Shown here in pieces: positions 1 to 12,300 of a stretch of 64,000 nucleotides of DNA; the stretch's first letter is position 1; every line of letters begins with the position of its first letter. Where the stretch lies: NCBI GenBank assembly GCA_000708835.1, contig DF237428.1, positions 7,755-71,754 on the forward strand, read 5' to 3'. The stretch comes from Klebsormidium nitens (Eukaryota; Plantae; Klebsormidiophyceae). The position numbers were made by a program, and so were the translations under genes. The notes under the pieces were generated by a model that worked only from the letters and a program-made list of their open reading frames with translations, was not told where the DNA came from and did no database searches.

Positions 1-614
1 AGAGTCAGCAATTCAATGCTTCAGGGCACCTATAATCGGCAGGCCGCATATAGGAACGCGGAGACAAACGACGGTGTCATATGGGGCCGCCAAATGAATT
101 ATTAGACGCTTCCGTCGAATCAGGCTATGCACGTATTACCTGTACGTGGCACTGACACTGACATACCGCCCATTGAAATTGCTTTCAGCGAAAATCGATC
201 ATCGAGATCAGAGACCACGTTCATTCAATCTAGCCGCCGCGCCGGTAGCTAACCTAGGCAGCACATGAGATCTCGGGCTTCATGCCTTAGCTAGGCGCGT
301 TTGCGCGCAAGACCACATCACTCAACTGCTCGGTACACATGCCCTAGATCTGGCGGCCGACCAATGATCGCCAACATATACCTTTTTTCAAAGAGGGCTG
401 AACTTATTGCACGAGCCTTCTGGCCCGATCCATACATGCAAGGATCAGACCAATTCCTGACGAGATTTTGCGACGGTCGCATCAAGCCTGCATCGACAGA
501 AGCCTCCTCGCATCTGAGACCGTCACACGGTTGGCAGTGCTGTGTAGGAAGCGCGAGCTTCGGTCGGCTTATGATCTCTGCCTCCACCACTTCCTCAGCC
601 GCTCTGCAACTTTC

Positions 615-3600
615 TCATAGATCGTTGTAGTAGTACTGTGGAGGTCGTCGACGCTTTGCGGGCGGTGTCGTCTTCATGTATTGGTCCATTCGAGCCAGTA
701 GCTTGACACAGACGTACACAACAATGATGGCTATCAAAAGATAGAGCGCCCACAACGATGCGCGTACCAGCAGCTTCGCGTTGTCCTCCGAAAAGAGATT
801 CTGCAACTAGGTGAGAAACATTACGGTCAGTACAGCGCGGTAAGGAACACTGCTTCAATACACTCTGGGAATTGAAATAGCCCAGAAGGTTCAGGCTTCC
901 AGGGGGTCATCAGGTTTCCAAAGCAAGCAACGACTCCGAACTTCGACATAGACGATGCACAACGAGAAATTCAAAAGGTTTCTACGCTTTTGCTTGCTCC
1001 AGGCCCGTAGTATACACATCAGCTTTCTACCGCCCAACTCGATCTACTGTCGCAGAGCAGCCTTCCTGAGGTCAAAGCTTAAATCTAGCCAACGATATTG
1101 AACCGGTCACTCACCCGCTGTTCCTGCGCTTCATCCCGCCTCCGCCCCCTTTTCCGACCTCGCGGGCGCTCCTCTACCGCATTTCTCGGGGACTGCTCCT
1201 CTCGAGGCTCGTCGTTCACTTTCTTAGCCGCCGCTGCGTCCGCCGCTTTCTTCTGCTCCGCAAGTTTTCTGCATTCTTTGTCGCACGAGAGGAGCTCGAG
1301 CGTCTGGTTTCCGGACTTTGCCTGGGCTGCTCGGACGTCCGTACAGGGCCAATCCTTCTTTTGCCGGCGGCAAGGACACCGAACGTTTGTCTGCAATTGG
1401 AAAAGAGTGACCTTTTCTTCGGCGCGAATGTTTCTTTGGTGGATTCTGAAAGATTTGCACTCTCAAATCCACCTCTCCTCAAGCGCAGTCATTCATGAAG
1501 GCGGTCAATAGGGTTTTGAGAAAGTAGGGGGCTTTGATTGCAACGTTGTCCGGCAGATCCTAGGGAGAGTTTGTAGGGGTAGCGACCAGGAATACGACCT
1601 TTCGAAATCAACAAGAAACTTAAGAAGCGACACTACTAATGTTCGACCGAGACCCCCTGAACCAACCGGTTCCAACACCCCCGTAAGCTCGTAACAAATC
1701 TGAAAAACCTCCCGAAAACCCCAGATCCGAGTTTAACCGATTCTTACCTTCTTGCGGCACTGCTCCGGGTGTGGACACGCCCCCGCGTGACACACCTCCT
1801 GACACGTGTGCGCGCACAGCGGCAGCTTGCGGTCGCACTTGTTCCCGCACGAGAGCAGCTTCTCCCACTCCCCGGTTCCCCCCCTTTCCGCAGCCGCCAA
1901 CTCTCGACACTCAATGGCTAAAGCAACCCCCGCCTCGCAATGACATTTTCGACGGATGAGTTTCGTACAGGGGGGGCAGGGGCCCGGGTGGCATCCCCGG
2001 GGGCAGGCGTGAATGCAGGGGGGGGTGGGCGGCTTGGAACATTTGCGCGCGCACTGCTCGCAAGGTTCCGGGGGGGGCATGTCGAGGGTATTCGCAGCAG
2101 CGGCCAGCCCCCCGTTTGGAGTGGTCGCGTCCTCTTCCGTTTCGTGGGGCAAAGCGCCATTGCCTTTGCCCCCCGGCCGCGAATCAAGGGAGTGCTCCTG
2201 CGAAGCCGACTCAGCACCGCCCGCATCAGCGACGTCACCTCCGCCGTTCTGAACGGACGCTGACGTCATCACAACGTGGCACACCTTCTCGCACGTGTGG
2301 TTCCCGCACGCGAGCGCAGTCCCGCAGGGTTCGCCGCAAGAGAACGGCGCCGCGGCGCTGCAGGCGACCAGCTTGTGTGAATGCGCCCCGAGGCAGGGGA
2401 TGGACACCGGCTCCTGGCAAGGTGGGCAGGGGGATCCCTCCGGGGACTTCTCTTGCTCGAGGACTTTCTTTTGCTTCTTGGTGTGGCGGAGGGCGTAGAC
2501 TGGGCCAGGCGGAGGGTGCGGCCCGTGGCACCTGCAAAACGTGACGGGTATGTGCTCTGTAAACTTATGTTCACCAGAGAGCGCTTCCAAAAAGAAGATC
2601 CAAAAGCTCTCAACAGAGAAGGGGTTGAAGAAATGGTTTGTCTTTACGGTAGCAAGACGTGATGCAAAGAGCGGTCCGTCCAAACCCTCTCCGCACGCGT
2701 CCCTTGCGGCCATATTATGGAACGTCAAAATAAAGCTTTGAAGACCAAATGATCGTCTCTGCAAAGAAATGAAGTAATGCTTCAATCCAAGGGATTGATT
2801 GGGCGATAAGTATCAACCATATTCACTTCACAATCGGACGCTTCAAACCACCCGGTCTGACGATACCACCGCTTGGAGCTACCTAGTCTACGGAAACGGA
2901 CGCCGTAATCCGATCGCGGAAAGTGATTGAACACCTCGGGTTTGAGTTCTAAACGTTATCATTTGGGTTGCAAAAGCGCCGTCCAGCTATCCCGTCGCTT
3001 ACCTCTTTGGGCACGCGTGTCCGCAGCCCAGGTCTTCCTGGCAGACCATGTTGCACGGCGGACAATTGCCGTAGTGGCACCGGTGAAGCGGCACTTCGGC
3101 GGAGTGACGGCAGCGGCGGGGAATGGGGCACGGTTTGCTGCACCGGGGGGGCTTCACTTGGCTCTCCGTTCCGCAGGGGACCTAGGGACAACAGACCGGG
3201 GTTTGAGGCGGGGCGGGCCTTCAACACCGAAAGTTGAGCAGACAGGAGCAGAGAAGTGAGTTTGTAAGATTGCATGACATTGAACTGACAGAAAGCAAGT
3301 TGGGAAAAAGCGAGGCGACGGAAGCGACGATAAGGCCACCGTTTGCCTCACTTGGCCCTCCGTTCCGCAGGGGACCATGGACAACAGACGGGAGGTTAGG
3401 TGGAGCGGGGTTTCAACTACACTCAACACAAACCAGGTCGGAAAATAGTGACGAAGCGACGAGGCAAGAACGAAGCAACGATGCGGCGCGCTTTCACGTA
3501 CCGGGAAGGCTATACCTTTGCCTCGATTCTGCACCGCAACTAGAAATCCTAGCCCCGGGTTGGACTAGAAGAACCAGCTATAAGGATACCCAAAGACGGG

Positions 3601-6600
3601 CAGCGGCGCAATCCGGGTCTGATGAGCAGAAGGACGGTATTGCGAGAAAATGCGGGGAAGGACAAACGGAAGTATGGGACGGTGATAAGGACAGACGGAA
3701 GGCCTCGGCAGCTCAAGAGTATGTTTGCAGCTGTGAAGCCACCCGACCAAGGTGCCATACACCGAGAACTCGCTGAGTTGAAAAAATTGACCACCAATGG
3801 CTAGAAATGCAAAGTGAAAGGCATTAGAAGTTTTTGGACGAATTGGAAAGTTGAGCGACTTGAGCGAGTTGCAGAGCCTTCCCTTTATTTTCAGACACGG
3901 CGCATTTTGGTGTATATTTTTCAAATCGTTCTGACTTACGCCGTATTTTAACACTTTATGGCTTTGAAGGGCGTCCATTTAGAAAAGACTTACATTACAT
4001 CTTTTTGAAGCACTCACCGTGATCGTAGTCTCCCCACACGATACGCCATTCGCACGGTGACCGGGCACGGCGCGCAAGACCCCTCATGGCACGGCGCGGG
4101 GCACTTGTGGTTACCGCACCGCAGGCAGCTCAATCCAGCCTCTACGGTTTCATGATTCCAGGGTTACTTTCAGGACAAGAACGAAAGAAGTGGACTTTCA
4201 ACCCGAAGTTCTCACCGTGATTGTTGTTCCCCCGCATGCGCACGCAATCGGCACGGTCACCGGGCATGGCGCGCACGGTCCCTCGTGGCACGGTGCGGGG
4301 CACTTGTGGTTGCCACACCGCAGGCGGCGGCCGCACGCCTCGGGGCAGGGCGGGCAGTCCCCGTCGCAACAGCGCCGCTTGCAGGCATGACGCCCGCATG
4401 CCCGCTGACGTTGACACCGGCGCTCGCACTGGAGCTCTTGGAAGCAGGGTACCTTGAGCAAGGAGGAAAAGGAAGACCTTCTGATGTATGACCTCAATGG
4501 TGTAAACCTAAAGGAAAGTAGCGGCATTCGCAATCTGCTGCTTGACTAAACAAATGAGAGTCTGCTCGAGAATCCACGAAGTTCAGGATCTCGTCCTTGT
4601 CCATGCCGGCGAGAAACTGCTTCCTAGCAGATGCAAAACGGTCATGGGGTTTGGGGCCTGCTGCAATCAAGGCAAAACTCTGAACGTCCCAAATCTGGAG
4701 GAGTTCTGCGCACCTGTTTCCGGAGGCTGCCGCAGCGGCAGGCCTTGTCGGTCATGACGCGGCACGTCTCGACACAAGGGCCCACGTGGCAGCGCTCAGG
4801 GCACGCGTGGCGGCCGCATGCGAGGAGCTTCTCACACGTGGCACCGCACGTGGGAGTCGGGACGTCGCACGGGAGCTCTCCTAGCTCAGTCTTGCCGCAC
4901 GGGCATACGCGCACGCCTGGCAAAGAAATAACAATAGGTTTCAGATTTAAGTCTTGAACTTGGGGCCCTATGGAAAGTTCTTGGCGCTGAAATTTTAAGA
5001 ACTGGAAGGGTGGGGTAGAAGAGGTTGAGGAACGCAGGTTGCATGGCCGTAACGCTGAAGGCGACTAAAGAACGACGTCCTAGGATACTCACGCTGAAGC
5101 AGAAGTTACCCGCGATGATCTGGCTCCCAAGATCGATTTAGGGCGAGACGTGTTGCTGTCTCGGTCGGAGACAGCAACACGAAGCGCAACCCTCGGTTGC
5201 GCTTGATCAAGTAACCGAAGGACTGGCTCACTCCAGGGCGAAGGACTAGATTGAGACTACGGCAGAGTTTCATTCGACAAAGGTTGAACGATGAATTAGA
5301 AGCAGAACTGATTCTGCGGGCAATCCCCGCAGTGTCCCATGACAGAAACGTTCCCGTTCGCCGTTCTTTCATTCATAAAGTACACAGCTAAAGATTCAGC
5401 AGAAGACGTGACGCGTCCACAACCAATATACTTGGGCAAAAGAGCAACCGAAACTCCATATAACCAATTTACTTGGGCAAAAGAGCAACCGAAACTCCAT
5501 ACCTGAAAGTGGACAGTCTCCGCACTTCCCGCCATGGCAGAGCCGCTCGCAGGCGTGCCTCCCACACGCAAGCCGCCGACCACACTTCTTCCCGCAGGAG
5601 AAGTCGCGCTGCGCGCAGGTCCGTGTTTCTGCCGCTTTTCTGCAGCGGCACGGAAAGACGCCGGCCTCCGGGCACGGGGGACATTCACCCGGGTGGCAGG
5701 GCTGGGGAACATCGGAGGTGTGAATTAGCAAGGTCTGGCACGGGTGGGTTGCAGGGGGGATGATTATCTTCGAGGATCCTGCTGAAATTCAAACCCCATT
5801 GATTATTTCAACCGGGTGCGCAAACCATCAAAGGGCGTCGGACTTTCCCCCATCATAAAAGATGCGGAGTCGTCGAATCTTCCAACGGGACAGTTCTGGC
5901 CTCCACGAGGACCAAAGGTTCCGAAAACAAACGTTGTCTCAGAAGCGGACCAAGCAGATCCACCTGATTTCGTAGAGTTCCCACGCCCTTCGCATTCTTA
6001 CTCTCCTCTTCTCAATTGGAAAGGAGTCCCTTACAAAATCAGGCGGCCTTCCCAAATCCCAAACAGGAATATCTGAACCTCTCCTCATTAACCATCTTTG
6101 ATCCTCAAGTCCTCCCCAAGAGCTCAAGCCCGCAACCTTTATGCACATCCTCTATCAACTATCAAGCCTAAAAACCCTTGCCGACTTTGAAAGCCCCCAA
6201 AAGCCCCTAGAATGCCGATGCCCGCACCTGCTTGCACGAGTGCTTCCCACACGCCAGCTTTCGCCCGCACATCCCTCCGCACGCCCACTCCTGCCGGCCG
6301 CACCGCCGCACGTCCTCTCCCGCCCCGCAGAAACAGCGAGCCGTCACTAGTTGCGGGCACGGGGGGCAGGGGCCGGGATGGCAGAGCAAACGGCACGTGT
6401 GACCGCAATCTGACTCCAGGGGCCGACCGCAGGTTTCACCGCATGTGTGCGGGGGAAGCCACGGGTTGAAGGAGGGGTTGTGTTCCTTGCCGCAGAAGCA
6501 GCGGTATGCGGAGGGGATGTGAGAGGAGGGGTAGTCGTGACGGCACTGCAGGAACAGAGCGGGGGTTCTTCAGTGAAAGTGATGATCGATGCTGTTGGTG

Positions 6601-8115
6601 GGGGTTACTTCTTGTTTAGTCTGCTGATTCGCATCTTGGGCGAGACACAAAACGTGATGACACGAGTAATATTCAGGCCGAACAGGACCGCACATCATCA
6701 AAAAAACCATCTGAGGTGAACAAGATGGTGACCACAATTCTTTGATTCTGCGAAAAGTCACAAACACTCTCTCTCATAAGCCTCGCGCATCTGTCATAAC
6801 TCTGCCGATGGCACCGATCGATCACTTATTTCAGACTGTCTCGCTTGCTATAAACACGGACGTCAGGTTGGCCAACCACTCATTCATCCAACCAGCTTCT
6901 CTATCAGCATCCGACAATTTCGCGCACTGACCTTGGGGCAGTGCCAGTTGGCATCCGCCTTTGGCTTTGGCACCACTGCAGGGGCGTTGGAAGGCAAGGG
7001 GTCGGAGGCGGTGTTCCGCAGGCCCACTGCAGCAATAGACTGGCGGGCCCATGACTGGATGCATAGGAGATGCATGATGGCATAGCAGCTGTCTTGGCAG
7101 TCCCATATGGGGTCCGTCGCTCGGATCTGCGGGTGTAGGAGAGCCACTTGTCAGAACCTAGGCAATAGGAAATGGTCCATTATAGCAAGTTGGTCTTGTC
7201 AACTTGCTATAATGACTTATTGACATAATAAACAGCTGCGCAAAGGAGACGGTAGACAAACGAAAGGTGTTTGATTGTTAAAACCCCCCAAGTTTTTAGA
7301 AGGTGGTGAGGGCCAATATCTGAACGGAAGGACAAGCTCGAGGACCTCATGGAGTCTTGACGATCATAGTGCTCAACTGCTGAAGTTTTTCAATGATTAT
7401 GTCTCATATAACTGTAAGTAAAGCAGCAGCGCCCTAATAATTGAACGCACAAAGCAGGAAGGTCGCAAACAACTCTGAACGTTCTGGAATTTCAGGGTAT
7501 GAAGGGGGTTTGTGGGGCTTTGTTCTGGCCTTGTTTAGCATTGCTTTTTGCAGTGCCCCTTGCTGAGCCAATCAGTTTCTTTGCCTTTCATAGTTTAGAT
7601 TGTCTCTTCATCTCTCGAAAACATGAACACCGAATTCTTGAAAATCCTAATGAAACCAAAAGAATACGGCATGGCCGTATGATCGAAATACGATCACCCA
7701 CCTTCTCCAAACAGATTAGACATCGAGCGGCGCCACTCTGCGCGCTGATCAAATGGTCCCGGATCTTCTCGATCCCAGCGTCCCCATCCGCCCCTTTCCC
7801 CAGCTCATAATCGCCAAAGATCGATGCCTCGAGCCTGCTGATATCAGGTCTCTCCTCATTGTTGTCCTCCTCATCACTGCTGCTGATGTCACCAAAGCGG
7901 CTGTTGATGTTATTCGTCTGAAAGGACGTTGGGGGCTTAGGAGAAAGCTTTGCCTCTGCCGGGCTGCTGGCGGAGGTCTGAGAAGACGCCAAATTTTGCT
8001 TCGTCGATTGGGCGGGCTTCCGGCCCCAGGGGTTGACACTCGCTGGCGCGAAGGTGCGCGCCTCGGCTCCCTGGTTGGAGGAGCTCCCGGCTCCGTGCCC
8101 TCCCGAAGGCTCCAT
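615..8115 (-). CDS. NFXL1: NF-X1-type zinc-finger protein, NFXL1/plant NFXL2-like, with C-terminal transmembrane helix; 10 exons, about 998 aa
   Basis: Hand-spliced exons (minus): 8115-7702, 7126-6932, 6545-6228, 5701-5503, 4916-4714, 4452-4216, 3181-3003, 2531-1748, 1390-1115, 806-615. All are GT-AG and phases close (2997 nt). N-terminal RING/PHD-like segment CLICLEK|[26 protein letters not shown]...WHCPK|C, many NF-X1 repeats (CG.H.C...CH.GPC.PC), a coiled coil, and a hydrophobic tail ([26 protein letters not shown]). Confidence 0.92.
3325..4124 (-). repeat. Intronic partial duplicates of NFXL1 exon 6 (3' end, 4124-4018) and exon 7 (5' end, about 3395-3335)
   Basis: Direct sequence match to 4324-4216, including a GTGAG donor, and to 3200-3140, with the acceptor TAG changed to ATG. 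Confidence 0.9.
5421..5501. repeat. 41-bp tandem duplication of the first bases of NFXL1 intron 4
   Basis: aaccaat(a/t)tacttgggcaaaagagcaaccgaaactccata occurs twice (5421-5460, 5462-5501) with one mismatch. Confidence 0.95.
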
Positions 8116-9375
8116 GGTTTGACGCCCCCTTCCTCTCTTCAGCCAGTGCCAGCCAGGCAAAAGCTTCAAAGCTTGAGCTGCTTGAGCTGCAGGAACTTGA
8201 CGAAGCAGCCAATGCTGACAACTAGGTATGTGCCAGTCTGAGAGAGTCTGCGCTCAGTGAGTGATAACGGTAAGGATGATGGATGGCGACAACGGTCTTG
8301 CGCGTTCCGCGCGTTCTGTTGAGCCAGCACCTGCAGCACTAGTTCGCTCCCGGAGTCCACTTTTGCTGCGATGCTGTGATGCGCGCGCGGTGATAATCAC
8401 ATCATCACCGATTAGGAGCGCGAGCTCGATGATTTGTGCGCGCGTTTCCGAGGGCTTCTGGACTATTAGAAGCCCGTTTCCTCGACTCAGCTTGTAAATA
8501 GGGAATAGGTAGATCCTTGTCGACTTGCGAGGTGTCGAGTGGGTGCAGCCTCAAATATAAATACTCAATAGTGAACACGCTCCTTCGTCTACTCAGATTA
8601 GCTATCGGTAGCATCCTACACTGAGCTAGAAGAGTATGCTTGACCAAGTGGGCTGCGCTGAAATAAAAAACTCTTTTTTTAAACATCCGATTTTCCTTTT
8701 TCAAGAAAACAGCGCTCCTAATTCTTTTGTTTTTCCTTTTGAGGCCAAATGGCATGATGCATTGCCGCCTTTGAGGTATATGACGCACAAGAAGGTCGAC
8801 ATCTTTGATCAGGATGATTACTGGCCACTAAGAAAGCAATCTTCATGCAACGAACAGGATGCCGAAGTTTGTCTTAGGCGCAGGTTAGAGACCCTGAATT
8901 CCAGTCGTCTAGGTTCTAATCAGAGGCCGAACTGATGGGAACAACTCATGTCGAGCTGCCTCGCCCCAGGGGCTGGCGAGGAATGCTGGGCTGTATCGAT
9001 CTGTAGTGCCGTTTCAGGCGCCATGAGTGGCCCAGAAGACTCTTATGATTAAGCACCACCAGTCAGGTTACAGCAAGGAGACTTGCAAATGATTTCAAAA
9101 CTTGGTAGAAAAGGCTGCAAGCGGTCTTGAAGCTCACCAGACAACGTGGAGAAACGAGCCCTGTTGTCTACGGTTCAGGTCCTATACACGTTTACAGCTC
9201 CCCATTGAGCTCCGTCCTTTCAGGCACACTGGTTGACATTCATTTGTACGAACTTTTAGCGCAGGCTTTTGATCTGCGTCAGGGGGGCCAGCAGGACTCG
9301 CGATGCAGACTTAGGTCTACAAAGGTAAACAAGGTAAACAAATTAACAAGGTAAACAGTCACAGCAGTCATAGCC

Positions 9376-12300
9376 ATGGCGGCACCGTCACTGTTCCTGC
9401 GCCACGTGTTCGGCCTCAAGGGCTCCATACGCGACAACATCCACTTCATCGAGGACGTGACGGTGGTCTACCCGGCCGGGCGCAACGTCGTTGTCTACAA
9501 CATTGAGCAAAAGACGCAGCGCTTCATTTCCGGGTCCCCTGAGAGCGATGGCATCTCCGCAATCGCAGTTAGTGCTAACCGCAAGCTAATCGCGGTTGCG
9601 GAGAAGCCGCTCGGGGCACGCGGGGGCACGGCAGCTCGAAGCACTCCCGATGGGGGCCATCAGCTGGATAAGACTGCGACCGAGAAGAGCATCGGGTTTG
9701 CGGAGAGCTCAAAGGGAGGGATGACGTCAGCGGGGAGCTTTGTGGATGGAGCAAAGGGGGCGGTAATTACACTGTACGACTCGACGACATTGAAGAAGAG
9801 GAAGGTGAGCGGGCAAGTCAGGCGTATAGGGGCAGCATTGCAATGAAGTACCTGTGGGGAGAGATGTGGGGCTGATATAGAAGTGTGAATGAAATGGAGA
9901 AATCGAGTGGGGTCATGTTGCTGACAAGAATTGGTGCTCGGTGCTTTCTTCTGCTCTAGAAGTGGCCAAATAAGCTTTCCCAGAGAGCTTCGTTGTGCTA
10001 AGCTTGGTAATGTGATACCAGTCACTCTAAAACTAACATCTGGTCGACATTCAAAAGATGAAAGAGGAAGGGCGATGCGGATCTACACGTTTCATGGTTG
10101 AATAATTGCAAAATGCGTTTGCGCTGGCAGTGTCATTGCCTCTGTTAGCTGCATGCACTGTCCAAAGCTGTGCAAACAGATATTGGTTCACTAGAAGCTC
10201 GGAATGAAGACGTCCTTGTCTCCAAATTATCACCACTCAGGTTTGTTTAAACGCCTTTGCTTGAGATGCCCTTTGTAAAAGGCATTCCTCGGCTCGACTA
10301 GACTATACACACTTGAGTAACACATTTGGTCCGAATATATGCTTTTCCTCTGCCAATGTTTGAAGAGATTATGCCAAGTCGATGCAGTCTTAAGTTAAGC
10401 CTGAAGTAATCAAACAACCCTTCTCTTTGCACTTCCAATTTTCTACAGACGCCCCACCAATCCAGTACACGAGCGTCACCTTCACTTCAAATTCTTCTCC
10501 TCTCGATGGTTTCTTACAGATGTGATTCATCCTGACAATACGCGTGCTTACTTTGTCCCCCAGCCATCTTAAACTGAAGACGAACCATGCTCATCGCAGA
10601 CGCTTTCTCTTCCCGACATCCTTTCCGTCGAGCAAACCACATCGCTTGCAGTCCGATGGAGAACTCATCGCAGGATTATGAAATGTTTCTTCCGTGGTCT
10701 CTGAGGAGCGTGCTTCAAGCAAGAGGGGATATCGTTCTTTCTACGAATCGAACGCATCATTCTCATTGCAGTCTCTTCCCGACATCCCTTCCGTCGAGTA
10801 CACTGCCATCGCCTTCAGTTCCGATGGGAAGCTCATCACTCAGAATGGAAGCTTCCCGCGGTGGGACCTAACATGCTTGCTTCAGGCGAACAGGAAATCG
10901 TCCTTTCTTGCGGAATAGAATCTAAACCAAAAAAACCATTCTCCCTGCAGACGTTGTCCCTTCCCGACATCCCTTCCGTCGAGTACACCAGCATCGCTTT
11001 CAGTTCCGATGGGAAGCTGATCGCGGCCCAGGGGGCGTGCCCCGNNNNNNNNNNNNNNNNNNNNNNNNNNNNNNNNNNNNNNNNNNNNNNNNNNNNNNNN
11101 NNNNNNNNNNNNNNNNNNNNNNNNNNNNNNNNNNNNNNNNNNNNNNNNNNNNNNNNNNNNNNNNNNNNNNNNNNNNNNNNNNNNNNNNNNNNNNNNNNNN
11201 NNNNNNNNNNNNNNNNNNNNNNNNNNNNNNNNNNNNNNNNNNNNNNNNNNNNNNNNNNNNNNNNNNNNNNNNNNNNNNNNNNNNNNNNNNNNNNNNNNNN
11301 NNNNNNNNNNNNNNNNNNNNNNNNNNNNNNNNNNNNNNNNNNNNNNNNNNNNNNNNNNNNNNNNNNNNNNNNNNNNNNNNNNNNNNNNNNNNNNNNNNNN
11401 NNNNNNNNNNNNNNNNNNNNNNNNNNNNNNNNNNNNNNNNNNNNNNNNNNNNNNNNNNNNNNNNNNNNNNNNNNNNNNNNNNNNNNNNNNNNNNNNNNNN
11501 NNNNNNNNNNNNNNNNNNNNNNNNNNNNNNNNNNNNNNNNNNNNNNNNNNNNNNNNNNNNNNNGGAAGCTGATCGCGGCCCAGGGGGCGTGCCCCGACTG
11601 CTGCCTCACGCTGTGGAGCTACGAGAAGGGCAAGTGCGTGGGGCAGGTCAAGAGCAGTGTCAGCTCAGCGGCCCAGGTCAACCAGGTAAGGTTTTGACAC
11701 TCAGTTCTTGTCGTACCTGCTTCGAAACAATACCAACTTTAAGTTCGAGGAGCCGGTCAAGAGCACGTCAGCTCCACGGCTCACGTCAAACACGTTGGTA
11801 TCAGCGCTTCTCGTGACACTCTCTGCCAGACTCCTGCGTGTTTGCCCGGCACGATGAAGGTGAGCCCACAAAGAGACTGCTTCGGTTCACAGTTCACCTT
11901 GATTTCGCACAGCTTTGCTCATCAACCAGCTCGCTCATTAACCAGCTCCTCATGTCATACAGACCAATCAGTGTGGTTTGTCCACCCCGTTTTCCGATAA
12001 TACAGGTCCATCGGCGTCCTAGATCCCGTATGACAGAATCTCAGAATGTTTACTGTTTTCAGTGGGCAACTTTCTTCGATTTGCCACACCCCAGTTTATA
12101 TCTCAGCTATACCCCCCAAGATTGCTTTCTGCCTGCCACTCGTCTCCCTTCTAAAAGCAACCGGGGACCGCTATTTCTGCGGCAATATCGTTCTTCCCAT
12201 TGACACTGCATTCGGGCAATCAAACACGCGACCATCCGCATAAACAAAACGTTCTGACTGCATAATATGTCCACTTCAGATTGTTTTCTGCCCCTCCGAC

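Noticed and set aside
301-630. Overlapping ORFs 301-630 (+) and 318-590 (-)
   Set aside because: No recognisable motifs; they lie just past the NFXL1 stop and are probably 3' UTR or intergenic.
1098-6469. Many plus-strand ORFs of 60-180 aa over NFXL1
   Set aside because: Antisense shadows of GC-rich exons that have few stop codons.
10836-11816. Three ORFs of about 260-280 aa
   Set aside because: Artefacts of translating through the N gap.
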